Part shown: positions 35,901 through 48,779 of the stretch, one piece after another | Numbering within the stretch: position 1 is the first letter of the stretch | Layout of the letters: each line of letters opens with the position of its first letter | NCBI RefSeq assembly: GCF_006345805.1 | Contig: NC_043014.1 | Location: 48,670,001 to 48,734,000 of the forward strand | Direction: 5' to 3' | DNA length: 64,000 nt | DNA from: Octopus sinensis | Lineage: Eukaryota | Program-made: the position numbers and the translations under genes | The notes under the pieces: model-generated | What the model was told of the DNA's origin: nothing | Databases searched by the model: none | Seen by the model: the letters and a program-made list of their open reading frames with translations, nothing else

Positions 35901-38900
35901 TGGAATATAAGGTAATTTCCCTTTAGATATGCCATTAAGTTTTGCAGGCTGTCTATCACACAGTTAAGCTATGGTACCACCTTTGGCTACTGGAAGACAT
36001 TTCAAGGAACCCAAAGACATTTAAGACATATTTGGTTTTGTTGTGTAATTATTTTAGGATTTATTCTTCAAGCTTTGCCAATTATTACCGCTGAATTGGA
36101 AGACGTACATCACAGTTGGTTCCAAGTTTCCAAGAGACTAATTACTGGGTCACTGCGTTTCTGACAATGAATGTGACAAGGGAGTGTCAGTAAATCAATG
36201 CAGAATAAATACTGCAAGGGACTTTGGTTATAAGCACAAGCATAGCCGTGTGGTAAGAAACTGTAAATTTTGGTCTGAAAATTTCGAATTATACACCAGA
36301 AAATAAAATAACAAGCATTGTCTAGAATATGGTACAAATAACTCCAGAGGCGCAGGAGTGGCTGTGTGGTAAGTAGCTTGCTAACCAACCACATGGTTCC
36401 GGGTTCAGTCCCACTGCGTGGCATCTTGGGCAAGTGTCTTCTGCTATAGCCCCGGACCAACCAAAGCCTTGTGAGTGGATTTGGTAGACGGAAACTGAAA
36501 GAAGCTTGTCGTATATATGTATATATATATATGTATATGTTTGTGTGTCTGTGTTCGTCTCCCTAGCATTGCTTGACAACCGATGTTGGTGTGTTTACGT
36601 CCTCGTCACTTAGCAGTTCGGCAAAAGAGACCGATAGAATAAGTACTAGGCTTACAAAGAATAAGTCCCGGGGTCGATTTGCTCGACTAAAGGCAGTGCC
36701 CCAGCATGGCCGCAGTCAAATGACTGAAACAAGTAAAAAGAAAAAAAGAGTAAAAGAGAGACCTAGTTTTCAGCAACACCTTAGTTCCAAGGTTTGAGAC
36801 ACAGGGGCATTTGTTGTAGTTATCATTCAGCCCAAAGTCAGGTCTAATTGAGCAGTTTTGTTTTTTTCCTTCTCTAAATGATGAAAAATGTTCTACAGTC
36901 CCAAACCTTACATTTATCTTTCTACATAGTAAACCAGTTAATTCATTAATTATTTTACCTTAAACTTTTATGGATTAAATTTTGTCACTGAAGAGCACTT
37001 CAAGTTTTCTTTGGATTCCAGATCTTATCTAATCAGTCAAACCTATGCTCAAAGTCATGCCAGCCATGGCTATCCTGTCTATGACATTATCCAATGTTTT
37101 CATGTCTTATTTTTGTTTTAAGACAGTAAGATGTATTTAAAAGTATACTGGCTGCTATTTCTAGTTGTCCTAGTGACCATATAGGGACGCCCTCATTGGT
37201 TTCAAAATGATAGTTTTTGTTTATATGAGTATAGTTGGTAAAATGGTTAAAATGGTTCCAGCAGGAACAGAGAGACCAAATCTGGTACTGAAATGGATTA
37301 TTGGTCTGACATTGCAATACTGGAATCGAATATTGGCTTACCATTCCAGTGTCTCCAGAGTTCTACCGATCTTGGGACTCCATTATTTCATGCTTTTTAT
37401 CAACCACATCCTCTTCCCTCCAAAGCCATGACCTTGAGCCTCTGTCAAATCTTCTTCTTCTTCTTGTTATTAATGTTATTATTATTAGTGTTTTATCAGG
37501 ATATTCCCCTACATTTTAACCAACCTTGATTACCACCACCCTCTTCCTCTCTCTCAACCATTCACGTCCTCAATAAATCAGTTCTATTTCATCTTATCTT
37601 ATCAAGGAATAATAATAATAATAATAATAATAATAACCCTTTCTACTTTAGATCCAAGGCCGGCAATTTCAGGAGAGGCTTTTAGTTGATTACATCATCC
37701 CTCCCACCCCACACAACGATGAAAGACAAAGTTGACCTTGGCAAAATTTGAACTCAGAATGTAAAGACAGACGAATACCACTGGTTTGTCCAGCATGCTA
37801 ATGGTTCTGCCAGCCCACTGCCTTCATAATAATAATTATCATCATCATCGTTTAGCGTCCGCTTTCCATGCTAGCATGGACGGTTCAACTGGGGTGTGGG
37901 AAGCCAGAAGGCTGCACCAGGCCCAGTCTGTTCTGGCAGTGTTTCTACGGCTGGATGCCCTTCCTAACGCCAACCACTCCGTGAGTGTAGTGGGTGCTTT
38001 TTATGTGCCACCTGCACAGGTGCCAGACGAGGCTGGCAAACGGCCACGATAGGTTGGTGCTTTTTACGTGCCAAATAATAATAATAATAATAATAATAAT
38101 CCTAGGCACAAGGTCTGAAATTTTGGGAGAAGGGCAAGTCGATTACATTGACCCCCTGTGTTCAACTGATACTTATTTCATTGACCCTAAAAGGATGAAA
38201 GGCAAAATCAACCTCAGTGGGATTTGAACCCAGAACATCGAGACCAATGAAATGCCGCTAAGCATTTTGCCTAGTGTGCTAATGAGTCTGTCAGTTTTCT
38301 GACTTAATAATAATAATAAAAATAATGGTTTCAAATTTTGGCACAAGGCCAGCATGTTAGGGGGTGGGGTTAAGTTGATTACATGAATGCCAGTGATTAA
38401 CTGGTATTTATTTTAAAGGCGGCAAGCTGGCAGAAACGTTAGCACGCCGGGCGAAATGCTTACCGGTATTTCATCTGCCATTACGTTGTGAGTTCAAATT
38501 CCGCTGAGGTCGACTTTGCCTTTCATCCTTTTGGGGTCGATAAATTAAGTACCAGTTATGCACTGGGGTCGATGTAATCGACTTAATCTGTTTGTCTGTC
38601 CTTGTTTGTCCCTTCTGTGTTTAGCCCCTTGTGAGTAGTAAAAAAATAGGTATTTATTTTATCAGTCTTAAAAGGATGAAAGGCGAAGTTAACCTCAGCA
38701 GAATTTTGAACTCAGTGGCATTTTGTTCATGTCTATGTTCTAAGCATTTTACCAAAGCATGTTAATGATTCTGCCAGCTTGCTGCCATAATAATAATGAC
38801 AATTATTGTTTTTGATCTAGGCACAAGGTGGGTATTTAATTGAGAGCATCAGCCATAGTATAAAACTGGTACTTCATTGACCTATGAAGTGATAAAAGGC

Positions 38901-39179
38901 AAAGGAAAGTTTATTATGGTACTTTAATATGATGAATTATTATTAAAAAATCTGAAATATCATAAAGCAAAATTCAGGAATAATATATCATCACTTGCAC
39001 AGTGTAGGCATAGGAGTGGCTGTGTGGTAAGTAGCTTGCTTATGAACCACATGGTTCCGAGTTCAGTCCCACTGCATGGCACCTTGGACAAGTGTCTTCT
39101 ACTATAGCCTCGGGCCGACCAAAGCCTTGTGAGTGGATTTGGTGGCTGGAAACTGAAAGAAACCTGTCGTATATATGTA

Positions 39180-39216
<37 letters not shown>

Positions 39217-42200
39217 GTGTTTGTGTGTCTGTGTTTGTCCCCCCAACATTGCTTGACAACTGATGCTGGTGTGTTTATGTCCCCGTAACTTAGCGGTTCA
39301 GCAAAAGAGACTGATAGAATAAGTACTAGGTTTACAAAGAATAAGTCGTGGGGGCCGATTTGCTTGACTAAAGGCGGTGCTCCAGCATGGCCACAGTCAC
39401 ATGACTGAAACAAGTAAAAGAGTGTGCCGGGGATCAAGCATATACTGGGAATGATTGTATCGACAACTCCACTTTCCCCTAAAATTTCTGGCTTTGTACC
39501 AAAATTTGAAAGCATTAGTGGTAAGAAGCTCTCAAGAGAACTGAACAACAGAAGGTCTTCAGAGAAGAAACCTTTCTTAGGCAAGTGTTTCAGTTCTTCT
39601 TCCACACCAAAAGAGCTGGGCCACATCCAGGTCATGACTCTTGAGTGGCCTTCTGGTGACACTTTTTAGCCTCTTGGATACTGGAAATTTATGCATTTGA
39701 ACTGCTCAGCGCTGCCTTGACTGGCTTCTGTGCTGGTGGCACGTTAAAAGCACCAACCGATTGTGGCCGATGCCAGACTCCCCTGGCACCTGTGCCGGTG
39801 GCATGTAAAAAGCACCCACTACACTCGCAGAGTGGTTGGCGTTAGGAAGGGCATCCAGCTGTAGAAACATTGTCAGATCAGACTGGAGCCTGGTGCAGCC
39901 TCCATGGCTTACCAGACCCCGGTCGAACCGTCCAACCCATGCTAACGCGGAAAACGGATGTTAAATGATGATGATGATGATGAATTTCTCTCCATTGGCT
40001 CAGCTTCCGAACTTATCCTTAAAGAAGAAATAACATCAGTTGCCATGGTGATCTAGCAGAAACTTTTGGCATGCTGGACATAGTGCTAAGCAACATGTCT
40101 TCTAACTCATTACATTCTGAGTTCAAATCCACCACTATCTCTGTCAGCAAAGGAGTCTTCCCATAGTTCTTCAAAGTGCTGGAAATAGCCACCATATCGA
40201 ACCATACAGTCATAAAAAATGAACATTTCGGTTAATGTACTCCAAGATACATTTTGTCTGAAACATAAAATTACATGGATGGTCATGACTGGGACACTTT
40301 TGAGCACAAATCTGCTGGATTAGGACAGACCCAGGGCTAAACAGCAACAGCAAATGGCTTTCACTGCTTTAGTTCTGTGGTCTCCCTCATAATTAACAAT
40401 ACAGAACTCTGTCTCTGCCGCATATATTTCTGTATTTTTGTCCCCAGTAATTAACATTAGGTGTAATTATAATTAATATAAAGGCTAAAAGTGTTAATTG
40501 CCCAACTGCAGACAATTAGTTCAATCAACAGAATAAATATTTTAATTTCATTTATTATCTCTCATCTTAGATAAGAAATAGGTCAGTTTTAGAGTCTGAA
40601 GAACCAATTCTCTCTCCCTTGCTCTCTCTCTCTCTCTCTCTCCCCCATGCTCTCTCTCTCCCATTCTCTCTCTCCCTCTCTCTTCCATGCTCTCTCTCCC
40701 TCTCTCTTCTATGCTCTCTCTCCCATTCTCTCTCTCCCTCTCTCTTCCATTCTCTCTCTCCCTCTCTCTTCCATGCTCTCTCTCCCTCTCTCTTCCATGC
40801 TCTCTCTCCCCTTGCTCTCTCTCCCATTCTCTCTCTTCCTCTCTTTTCCATGCTCTCTATCTCTCTCTCTCCCCCATGCTCTCTCCCTTGCTCTCTCTCC
40901 CATGCTATCTCTCTCACACACACACACACACATACCTATATACCCCCCCCCTTATTTCCATCCCACAATGTCCAGGCCCCTTTGTCCCTCTCTTCTCTCT
41001 CTCTGCTTGTCTCTTTCCTCTAAAATTCTTTTCTCTTCCCACAGGATCCACCGACATCTTGATTCCCTATTCAGTACCTCAAGTGGATTCACAAACTACA
41101 GAGGATTATTAAATCTTTGTATTTTACTCCTTGTAAGTATCTTTTATCAACCACATGGCCATGGCTGTAAGGTCAAGAACCTTGCTTCCTGACCATGTTT
41201 TGCGTTCAATCTCTTTATGTTCTTCCTAACGTCAAACACTTTACATTGAGTGCTGCTTTCTGTGATGCCAGCATGGATGCTTTTTCATGTGGCACTAACA
41301 TGTGGCTTTTAATGTGACATTATTTGCAGGCACCTTTTATGTGATGCAACATGGGTACATGGCGCCAGCATGGGCGCCTCTCTACATTGTGCCAGCATGG
41401 GCACTTTACATGTGGTGCCAGCATGGGTGCTTTACATGTGACATCAGCATGGGCGCTTTACATGTGGCGTCAGCATGGGCGCTTTACATGTGGCACCAGC
41501 ATGGGTACTTTACATGTAGTGCCAGCACATGTGCTTTACACGTGGCGCCAGCACGGGCGCTTTACATGTGGCATCGGCATAGGCGCTTTACACATGGCGC
41601 CAGCATGGGCGCTTTACAAGTGGCACTGGCACGGTGGGCGCTTTACAAGTGGCACTGGCACGGGTGCATTTCGTGTGGTGCCGGCCACAGGAGCGTTTTG
41701 TGTGGTGCTGGCATGAGCACTTTTCATGTGGTGCCAGGACAGGCGCCTCTCTATGTGGCACCAGCATGGGCGCCTCTTTACGTGATTCTTGCACGGGCAC
41801 CGCTCTATGTGGTGCCGGTGGGGGCGCCTTTTACGTGACATCATTGCAGGTATCTTTTATGTGATACCCGCATGACTGCTTTATAAGTGACCAGTTTCTT
41901 GAAAAAAAACTCGCTCTAAATCTTAAATTTTTCCATTCCTCATGGCAGCTAAACTTCTCGACACTTACAAACTCTTGGATTGCGTAACTTGAGTCACCAT
42001 CACTAGCTTTCTGAGCAGAGTTATACTGTGATTTGTTGTCTTATACCCCTTTTTCCAGTATACACTTGTACAACCTTTGCCACACCTCCACAATGCAGAC
42101 AACCCTTACACATAACATCATGCAGCTTCCCACCATTTTCCAGACATTGTCACACAATATGTCTGACTGTATTTAAGTCAGCTGGAAACCTAACACCATG

Positions 42201-45200
42201 GCAACAGAGTTCAAGTAGTGACTACCAAAATCCATTTTCCCTCTGTTTTTATCAGCAGCACAAGAGAACCTCAGATGCAAGCAGACATTACAATCAACAA
42301 AAGCCACATACATACATGCACACATATATGTGCACTTGTGCAAACACGTGTGTGTACATGTGAAAACACATATGCACACATGCAAACACGTGTGCACAAG
42401 TGCAACTGATGTGCACATGTGCATGCACGTGCAACACATCTACACACATGTGCAACGCATGTGTACATGCGAAAACTTGTGTGCACACATGCAAACATTT
42501 GTGTGCACACATGCAAACATTTGTGTGCACACATGCAAACATTTGTGTGCACACATGCAAACACATGTATGCATATGTGCACACATGTGTAAACACGTGT
42601 GCACACACATGCAAGCACATGCACAATGCAAATGGAAACATACACATGCACATACATGTGCAAACTTATATATATATGTACACACACAAACCTGCATGCA
42701 CCTACACATGTACGTACACAAGCCTGCATGCAGATGTACGTACACAAGCCTGCATGCAGATGTATGTACACAAGAACAGGCAAGTGCACACACACACAAT
42801 GTACAATGTACAGACAAGTATATGTTCATATACACAAGCTTATGCATGCACGTACAAATGTGTGCATGCACACACACACACACACATTCATGCATGCACA
42901 CACGCAAGCAAGCACAAAGCTGCACACTCACACATACACACAAAAGACCAGGATTGTATGAGTCGGGTACATTACCACCTCATCGATGTTCACACAAGAC
43001 ATAGTAAAAAAAAAACAAATGAATGCACTAACGACCAAGCAAATTAGCAGCAGCAATGATGTACAAACAAAGCATTAGATCCCTTGTGGATCCTTTTAGT
43101 GCAATATGAGCCCCCACCAAGAACACAAGACAGGATAAGATTCTTCTCGAGTTATATAAACTCATGGGGCCGGTTTCCATGCTACATGTGTTCCCTCATT
43201 GGACTGGACATTGGTCAGTCACAGGATTACTCACTTTTGCCAGCTGAGTGGACTGGAGTAATGTAAAAGGAAGTGTTTTGTCCAAGGGCATAATGCATCA
43301 CCCAGTCCAGGATTTGAAACCACAATATTATGACCATGTGCCTTTCAGCAGTGGAATGAGGCAGTTGGGAGCAACCGTTTCGATGCTGATAATTTAGCAT
43401 GGCTGACTGTTTTGGTATCGGTACTTCTGGGTGATGGAGGCAAACATTTCTGCATGCACATGGAAATATACACATAGAGAGAGAACGAAGGAGAGAGAGA
43501 GAGAGAGAGAAAGAAAGAAAGGCGAGAGAGAGGAAGAAAGAAAGAAAGAAAGAAAGGAGAGAGAGAGAAAGAGAGACATTAAATTTATTAATTAAACTTA
43601 ATTGACAGAAACACTTACCTTCTCATTTACATAAAGAAATATGTTCATACACATAAACACATCTTTTAATGTTCATTTTCTATGCTGGCATGGGTTGGAT
43701 GGTTTGACAGGAACTGGACAGCTGGGGAAATACCCAGGTTTGAATTTTCTATTTCTCATATGCTTAAAGAGAAATATGCTGATGCCCACACAGTGAAAAA
43801 GATGTTGCAGCTTATTTAATCAAACACAAGTGACATAAACTCTTTCTCTTCTAATACGCATAAGTATGTTTATGTGGAGGAGGTAGAACCTGTAAAACGT
43901 GAGATGAGGTGGTGAAGCATGATCTTTGAATGTTGGACCTCACAGGCAATGACAAGTGACTGAGACCCTTGGCGATATGCTGTGCTTGAGAAGACCCATC
44001 AAGCCAAGTGAAATCGTAGTCATGGCTAATGTCAGTGTTATGTAACTGGTACCCATGCCAGTGGCATGTAAAAAGCACCCTTTGAATGTTGGTCCTCATG
44101 GAGGCAGTGACAAGTGACAGAGACCTTTGGTGATACACTGTGTTTTGAGAAGACCTTTCAAGCCAAGTGAGATTGTAGTTGTGGCCGATGCCAGTGTTGT
44201 GTAACTGGTGCCCATGCTGGTGGCACGTAAGGAGGACCCTTCAAACTTTGGGCCTCATGGAAGCAGTGACAAGTGACCAGGACCTTTGGTGATACACTGT
44301 GCTTGAGAATACAGGTCAAGCCAAGTGAGATTGTAGTTGTGGCCGATGTCAGTGTTACGTGGCTGGCACCCATGCTGGTGGCATTTAAAAGGCATCCACT
44401 ACACTCTTGGAGTGGTTGGTTTTAGGAAGGGCATCCTGCCATAGGAACCATGCCAAATCAGATTGAAACCTGGTGCAGCTCCCCAGCTTACCAGTTTTCC
44501 ATCGAACTGTCCCACCCATGCCAGCATGGAAAACAGACGTTAAACGATGATGATAATGATGTTTACTGACATGAACTGAGGGAGAGAGAAGAAGCAAAAG
44601 GCAAGAATGAGAGAAACAAAATGCCAAATAAGTCAATGTTGAATCCATTGTGTGAAATAGGCAGTGTCAAAACGGCAGCACTAAAAAAGTTGCCAAAACA
44701 TCTCATACCCCTCTAGTAGAGAGAAGGCATTCTTTTGTAAGCACAAGGGTTAGGACTCTGGTCTAAGGATGACTTCAACCCTTCGTCTCACTGGTCAAAG
44801 GGTCGATGATGCTGGTTTTCCTCCTCTATTGGTAAAATAGTTTTAAAGAAAAAGACTTTTGCTACAGTTAATAGTCACAACTCATTTCCTTTTTTCTGTT
44901 TTAGGTAATTTCTAACACACGGCTGGTTTTAGAAAATTTAATAAAGTGAGTAAATATCATTTTCTATTTTTTTAAAAAATAGAAAAAAATTTTTTCTGCT
45001 TCATTTACAACAATGGTATGCTAGGTGATGACACAGAACCTGCTAGATATGGCAGTTAAATCTCCCCCCACATCTTGCAAAAGACGGGATGCTTTGGACA
45101 GTGTTATCTTAGATGATCATGGCTGGAATGTCTTTCACAATAAAGCTTCTAAATCGGAGCTGACCTAGAGTCAAACAACAAAAGTGCATTATGAGCCAAC

Positions 45201-48200
45201 AAAGGTTTAGGCAACCTTTTTCAAGAAGTAGGCCACATGAGACATGACTTACAATCAAACTGAATACACTGCTAAAAAAATTTCAGGGCAATTTTTCTTT
45301 TAGTGTTTTGTGTTCTGGGTTGAAACCCTGCAAAGGCCAACTTCGCCCTTCATCCTTTCAGGGTTAATGAAATAAAGTACCAGTCAAATACTGGGGTTGA
45401 TATAATCAACTAACTCCCTCTCACAAATTTCAGTCTTTGTACCTATAATAGAAACAATATTGTTATCCTATCTTCTGTTTTATGTATGCCATTCTCTGCT
45501 CCATCCTGCAGCTTAGAGAAACCAGAATTATTATTATTGTCATTATCATCATTATTATCATTATCATTATTAATATTTCAGATATGGGATTTTAATCGAC
45601 CCTGTAGCCTCATTTCAAATGTTCCTGCTTAATCCATATAATTGGCCCAATGTTGTACTCCTTGCTTGTAAGTCCTCTTATTATTATTATTATTATCATA
45701 GGGCAGTGAGCCGGCAGAATCATTAGCGTGCTGGGCAAAATGCTTAGCGGCATTTTGTCCATCCTTACATTTTGAGATCAAATTCCACTGGGGTTGACTT
45801 TGCCTTTCATCCTTCAGGGGTCGATAAATTAAGTACCAATGAAACACTGGGGTCGATGTAATCAACTATCCCCACCCACAAATTCCAGGCCTTGTTCCTA
45901 TAGTAGAAAGGATTATTATTATCGTTATTAAGACAACGAGCTGGCAGAAACATTAGCATGCCGGGCAAAATGCTTAGCGGTATTTCGTCTGTTTTTACAT
46001 TCTGAGTTCAATTTCTGCCGAGGTCAACTTTGCCTTTTATCCTTTTGGGGGTTGATAAATTAAGTACCATTTGTGTACTGGGGTTGATCTAATTGACTGG
46101 CCCCCTTCCCCAAAATTTCAGGCCTTGTGTCTATAGCAGAAAGGATTATTATTATTATTAAGGCGTCAAGCTGGTAGAATTGTTAGCATGCTGGTCAAAA
46201 TGCTTAGCAGTATTTTATCCATCTTTATGTTCTGAGTTCAAATTCAGCCAAAGCTGACTTAACCTTTCATTCATTTGGGATTGATAAAATAAGTACCAGT
46301 TGATCACTGGGGTCAATGTAATCAACTTATCCCCTCCCTCGAAATTGCTGGCCTTGTGCAAAATTTTAAACCATTATTATTAAAGTGGCAAGCTGGCGGA
46401 ATCGTTAGCACACCGGACAAAATGCTTATTAGTGTTTCGTCTTTATGTTCTGAGTTCAAATTCAGCCAAAGCTGACTTTGCTTTTTATCCTTTCAGGTAC
46501 GATAAATTAAGTACCAGTTGTGTACTGAGATCGATCTAATTGACTGGCTCCTCCCCCAAAATTTCAGGCCTTGTGCCTAGAGTAGAAAGGATTATTATTA
46601 AGATGGCAAGCTGACAAAAGTGCTTAACAGCATTTTGTTAATCTTTGTTCTGAATCCAAATTCCACCAAGGTTGACTTTGCCTTTCAGCTCGATAAAATG
46701 AGTACCAGTTAAGCACTGAGGTCAATGTATTCAACTTGTCCCCTCCCACAGATTTCAGGCCTTGTGTCTACAAGCAGAAAGGATTATTATTATTATTTTG
46801 ATAATATAATTGTCATTTATATTATCATTCTGTGTGTGGTGGCAGCGAGCTGGCAGAAACGTTAGCACGCCGGGCGAAATGCGTAGCTGTATTTCGTCTG
46901 CCGTTACGTTCTGGGTTCAAATTCTGCCGAGGTCGACTTAGCCTTTCATCCTTTCAGAGTCGATAAATTAAGTACCAGTGAGACACGGGTTAATGTAATC
47001 GACTTAATCCCTTTGTCTGTCCTTGTTTGTCCTCTCTGTGTTTAGCCCCTTGTGGGTAGTAAAGAAATAGGTATTTTGTCTGCTGTTATGTTCTGGGTTC
47101 AAATTCCGCTGAGGTCGACTTTGCTTTTCATCCTTTTGGGGTCGATAAATTAAGTACCAGTGAAACACTGGGGTCGATGTAATCGACTTAATCCGTTTGT
47201 CTGTCCTTGTTCGCCCCCTCTGTGTTTAGCCCCTTGTGGGTAGTAAAGAAATATATATTATCATTCTGTGTGTGTGTGTGAAGGGTGAGCTAGTTAACAT
47301 TTGTGTGTGATTAATTAACATGTACATATGATTAACTTGTGTGTGCGTGGTTAGCTACTGTACCTAATATACCGTGTGAAACATCCTTCCTTATGTTGCG
47401 GATGACATTAACAATTGCACATGCTGTTCACTGTATATTTAACGAGACTAAATATCATTTCATCTTTCTTTGACAGTATTGGAGTTGTTTATATTATTTG
47501 CTTTCAAAACAGAGTGCCTTCTTGCTAAGGTAAGTCAAAATATTCTCCGCCCTCCTCACACATACCACTTAACCTCTTCCCCTTTATCTTGTTACATCTG
47601 TTACTTCCGTGTTCACATGGGAAATGTGGAGGGAATAGTTTACACAAATGCATGTAGGTGCAGTCATGGCTGTGTGGTTAAGAAGTTTGCTTCCCGACTA
47701 CATGGTTTTGGGTTCAGTCTCACTGCATGGCACTTTGGGCAAGTGTTTTCTACCATACCCTCAGGCCATCCAAAACCTTGTGAGTAGATTCGGTAGCTAG
47801 AAGTCCTGGGATTTTTTCGGTTTGAACGGCAGTTTTTTCTAGCGGTGTCATATGAAATTGTTACCCATAATTATGACCCTAGAATCAATCTATTGCATTT
47901 CAATCTGTTTTAGGGTTAGGGGTGGAGGGAAGGGTATCTTTTTTTCTTCACAAATGTAAATAAACCCAATCTGTTTCTTAAACGAGGGACATATTCATAC
48001 GGCACAGAATGTTTTTACCTCAATAGACGTCAGTGATTGGTTGAAATTGCAGAAATTGAAGAAAAAAAAACAACAAATATCTTACAAACTATAGAATTTT
48101 CTCAATAAAGCCAAGAAAAAAAGATGTTTTATAAACACATTCTACTAGTATACGAAGTTTAAAATTTTTTAGTTACCTAGAAATTATGTTAAAAACTGCC

Positions 48201-48742
48201 GTTCAAACCGAAAAGATCCGAAGTCCTGTGTGAGATCCTGATTTCTGTGTATGTGTTTCTCTCCTTTTCTTTGGCATTATACATTATGGTGTCGTAAATG
48301 TCATTGTCATTACAAGCAGTTTCGTCCACTTCCAATATTCTGCAAGAAAATGTCTGGTCTTGGGGAAATATTTCCTTGCTTGGAAACAGGTACGGGTTGG
48401 CAACAGGAAAGAGATTGGGTCAAAGAAAATTTGCCTCAGTGACCCTTGCATGCATGGAAAAGAGGATATTAAAACGATGATGATATATGCAGATTGTTAG
48501 GGATGATGTGAAATTAGGAACAAGGCTTGATATCAGCCAGACAAACCGATGCAAGTGGCTATGTGCCTTGTTCAAAAGTACAACACATTGGTTGTAGTAT
48601 GGATTGAACACTCAGTCATTTTGTCAATCCTCCAGTACAGATGTTTTTGACATTATTTGGATATTTTTGTTTTGGTGTCTGTCTGTTAGATTCTTTTGTT
48701 TGTTTTTGTGAGTTTGTGACTGTATATCTGCATGTGTATGTA

Positions 48743-48779
<37 letters not shown>

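Noticed and set aside
40647-41192. 181-aa ORF as a novel membrane protein
   Set aside because: (CT)n repeat read-through fused to DGAT1 exon 2
41302-41864. 178-aa and overlapping ORFs; regularly spaced repeats superficially like a CRISPR array
   Set aside because: Contiguous 26-bp tandem minisatellite with no unique spacers and no cas genes, in a eukaryotic intron
47905-47925. TTAGGG units as an interstitial telomere
   Set aside because: Only 1-2 units embedded inside TIR elements; not an array
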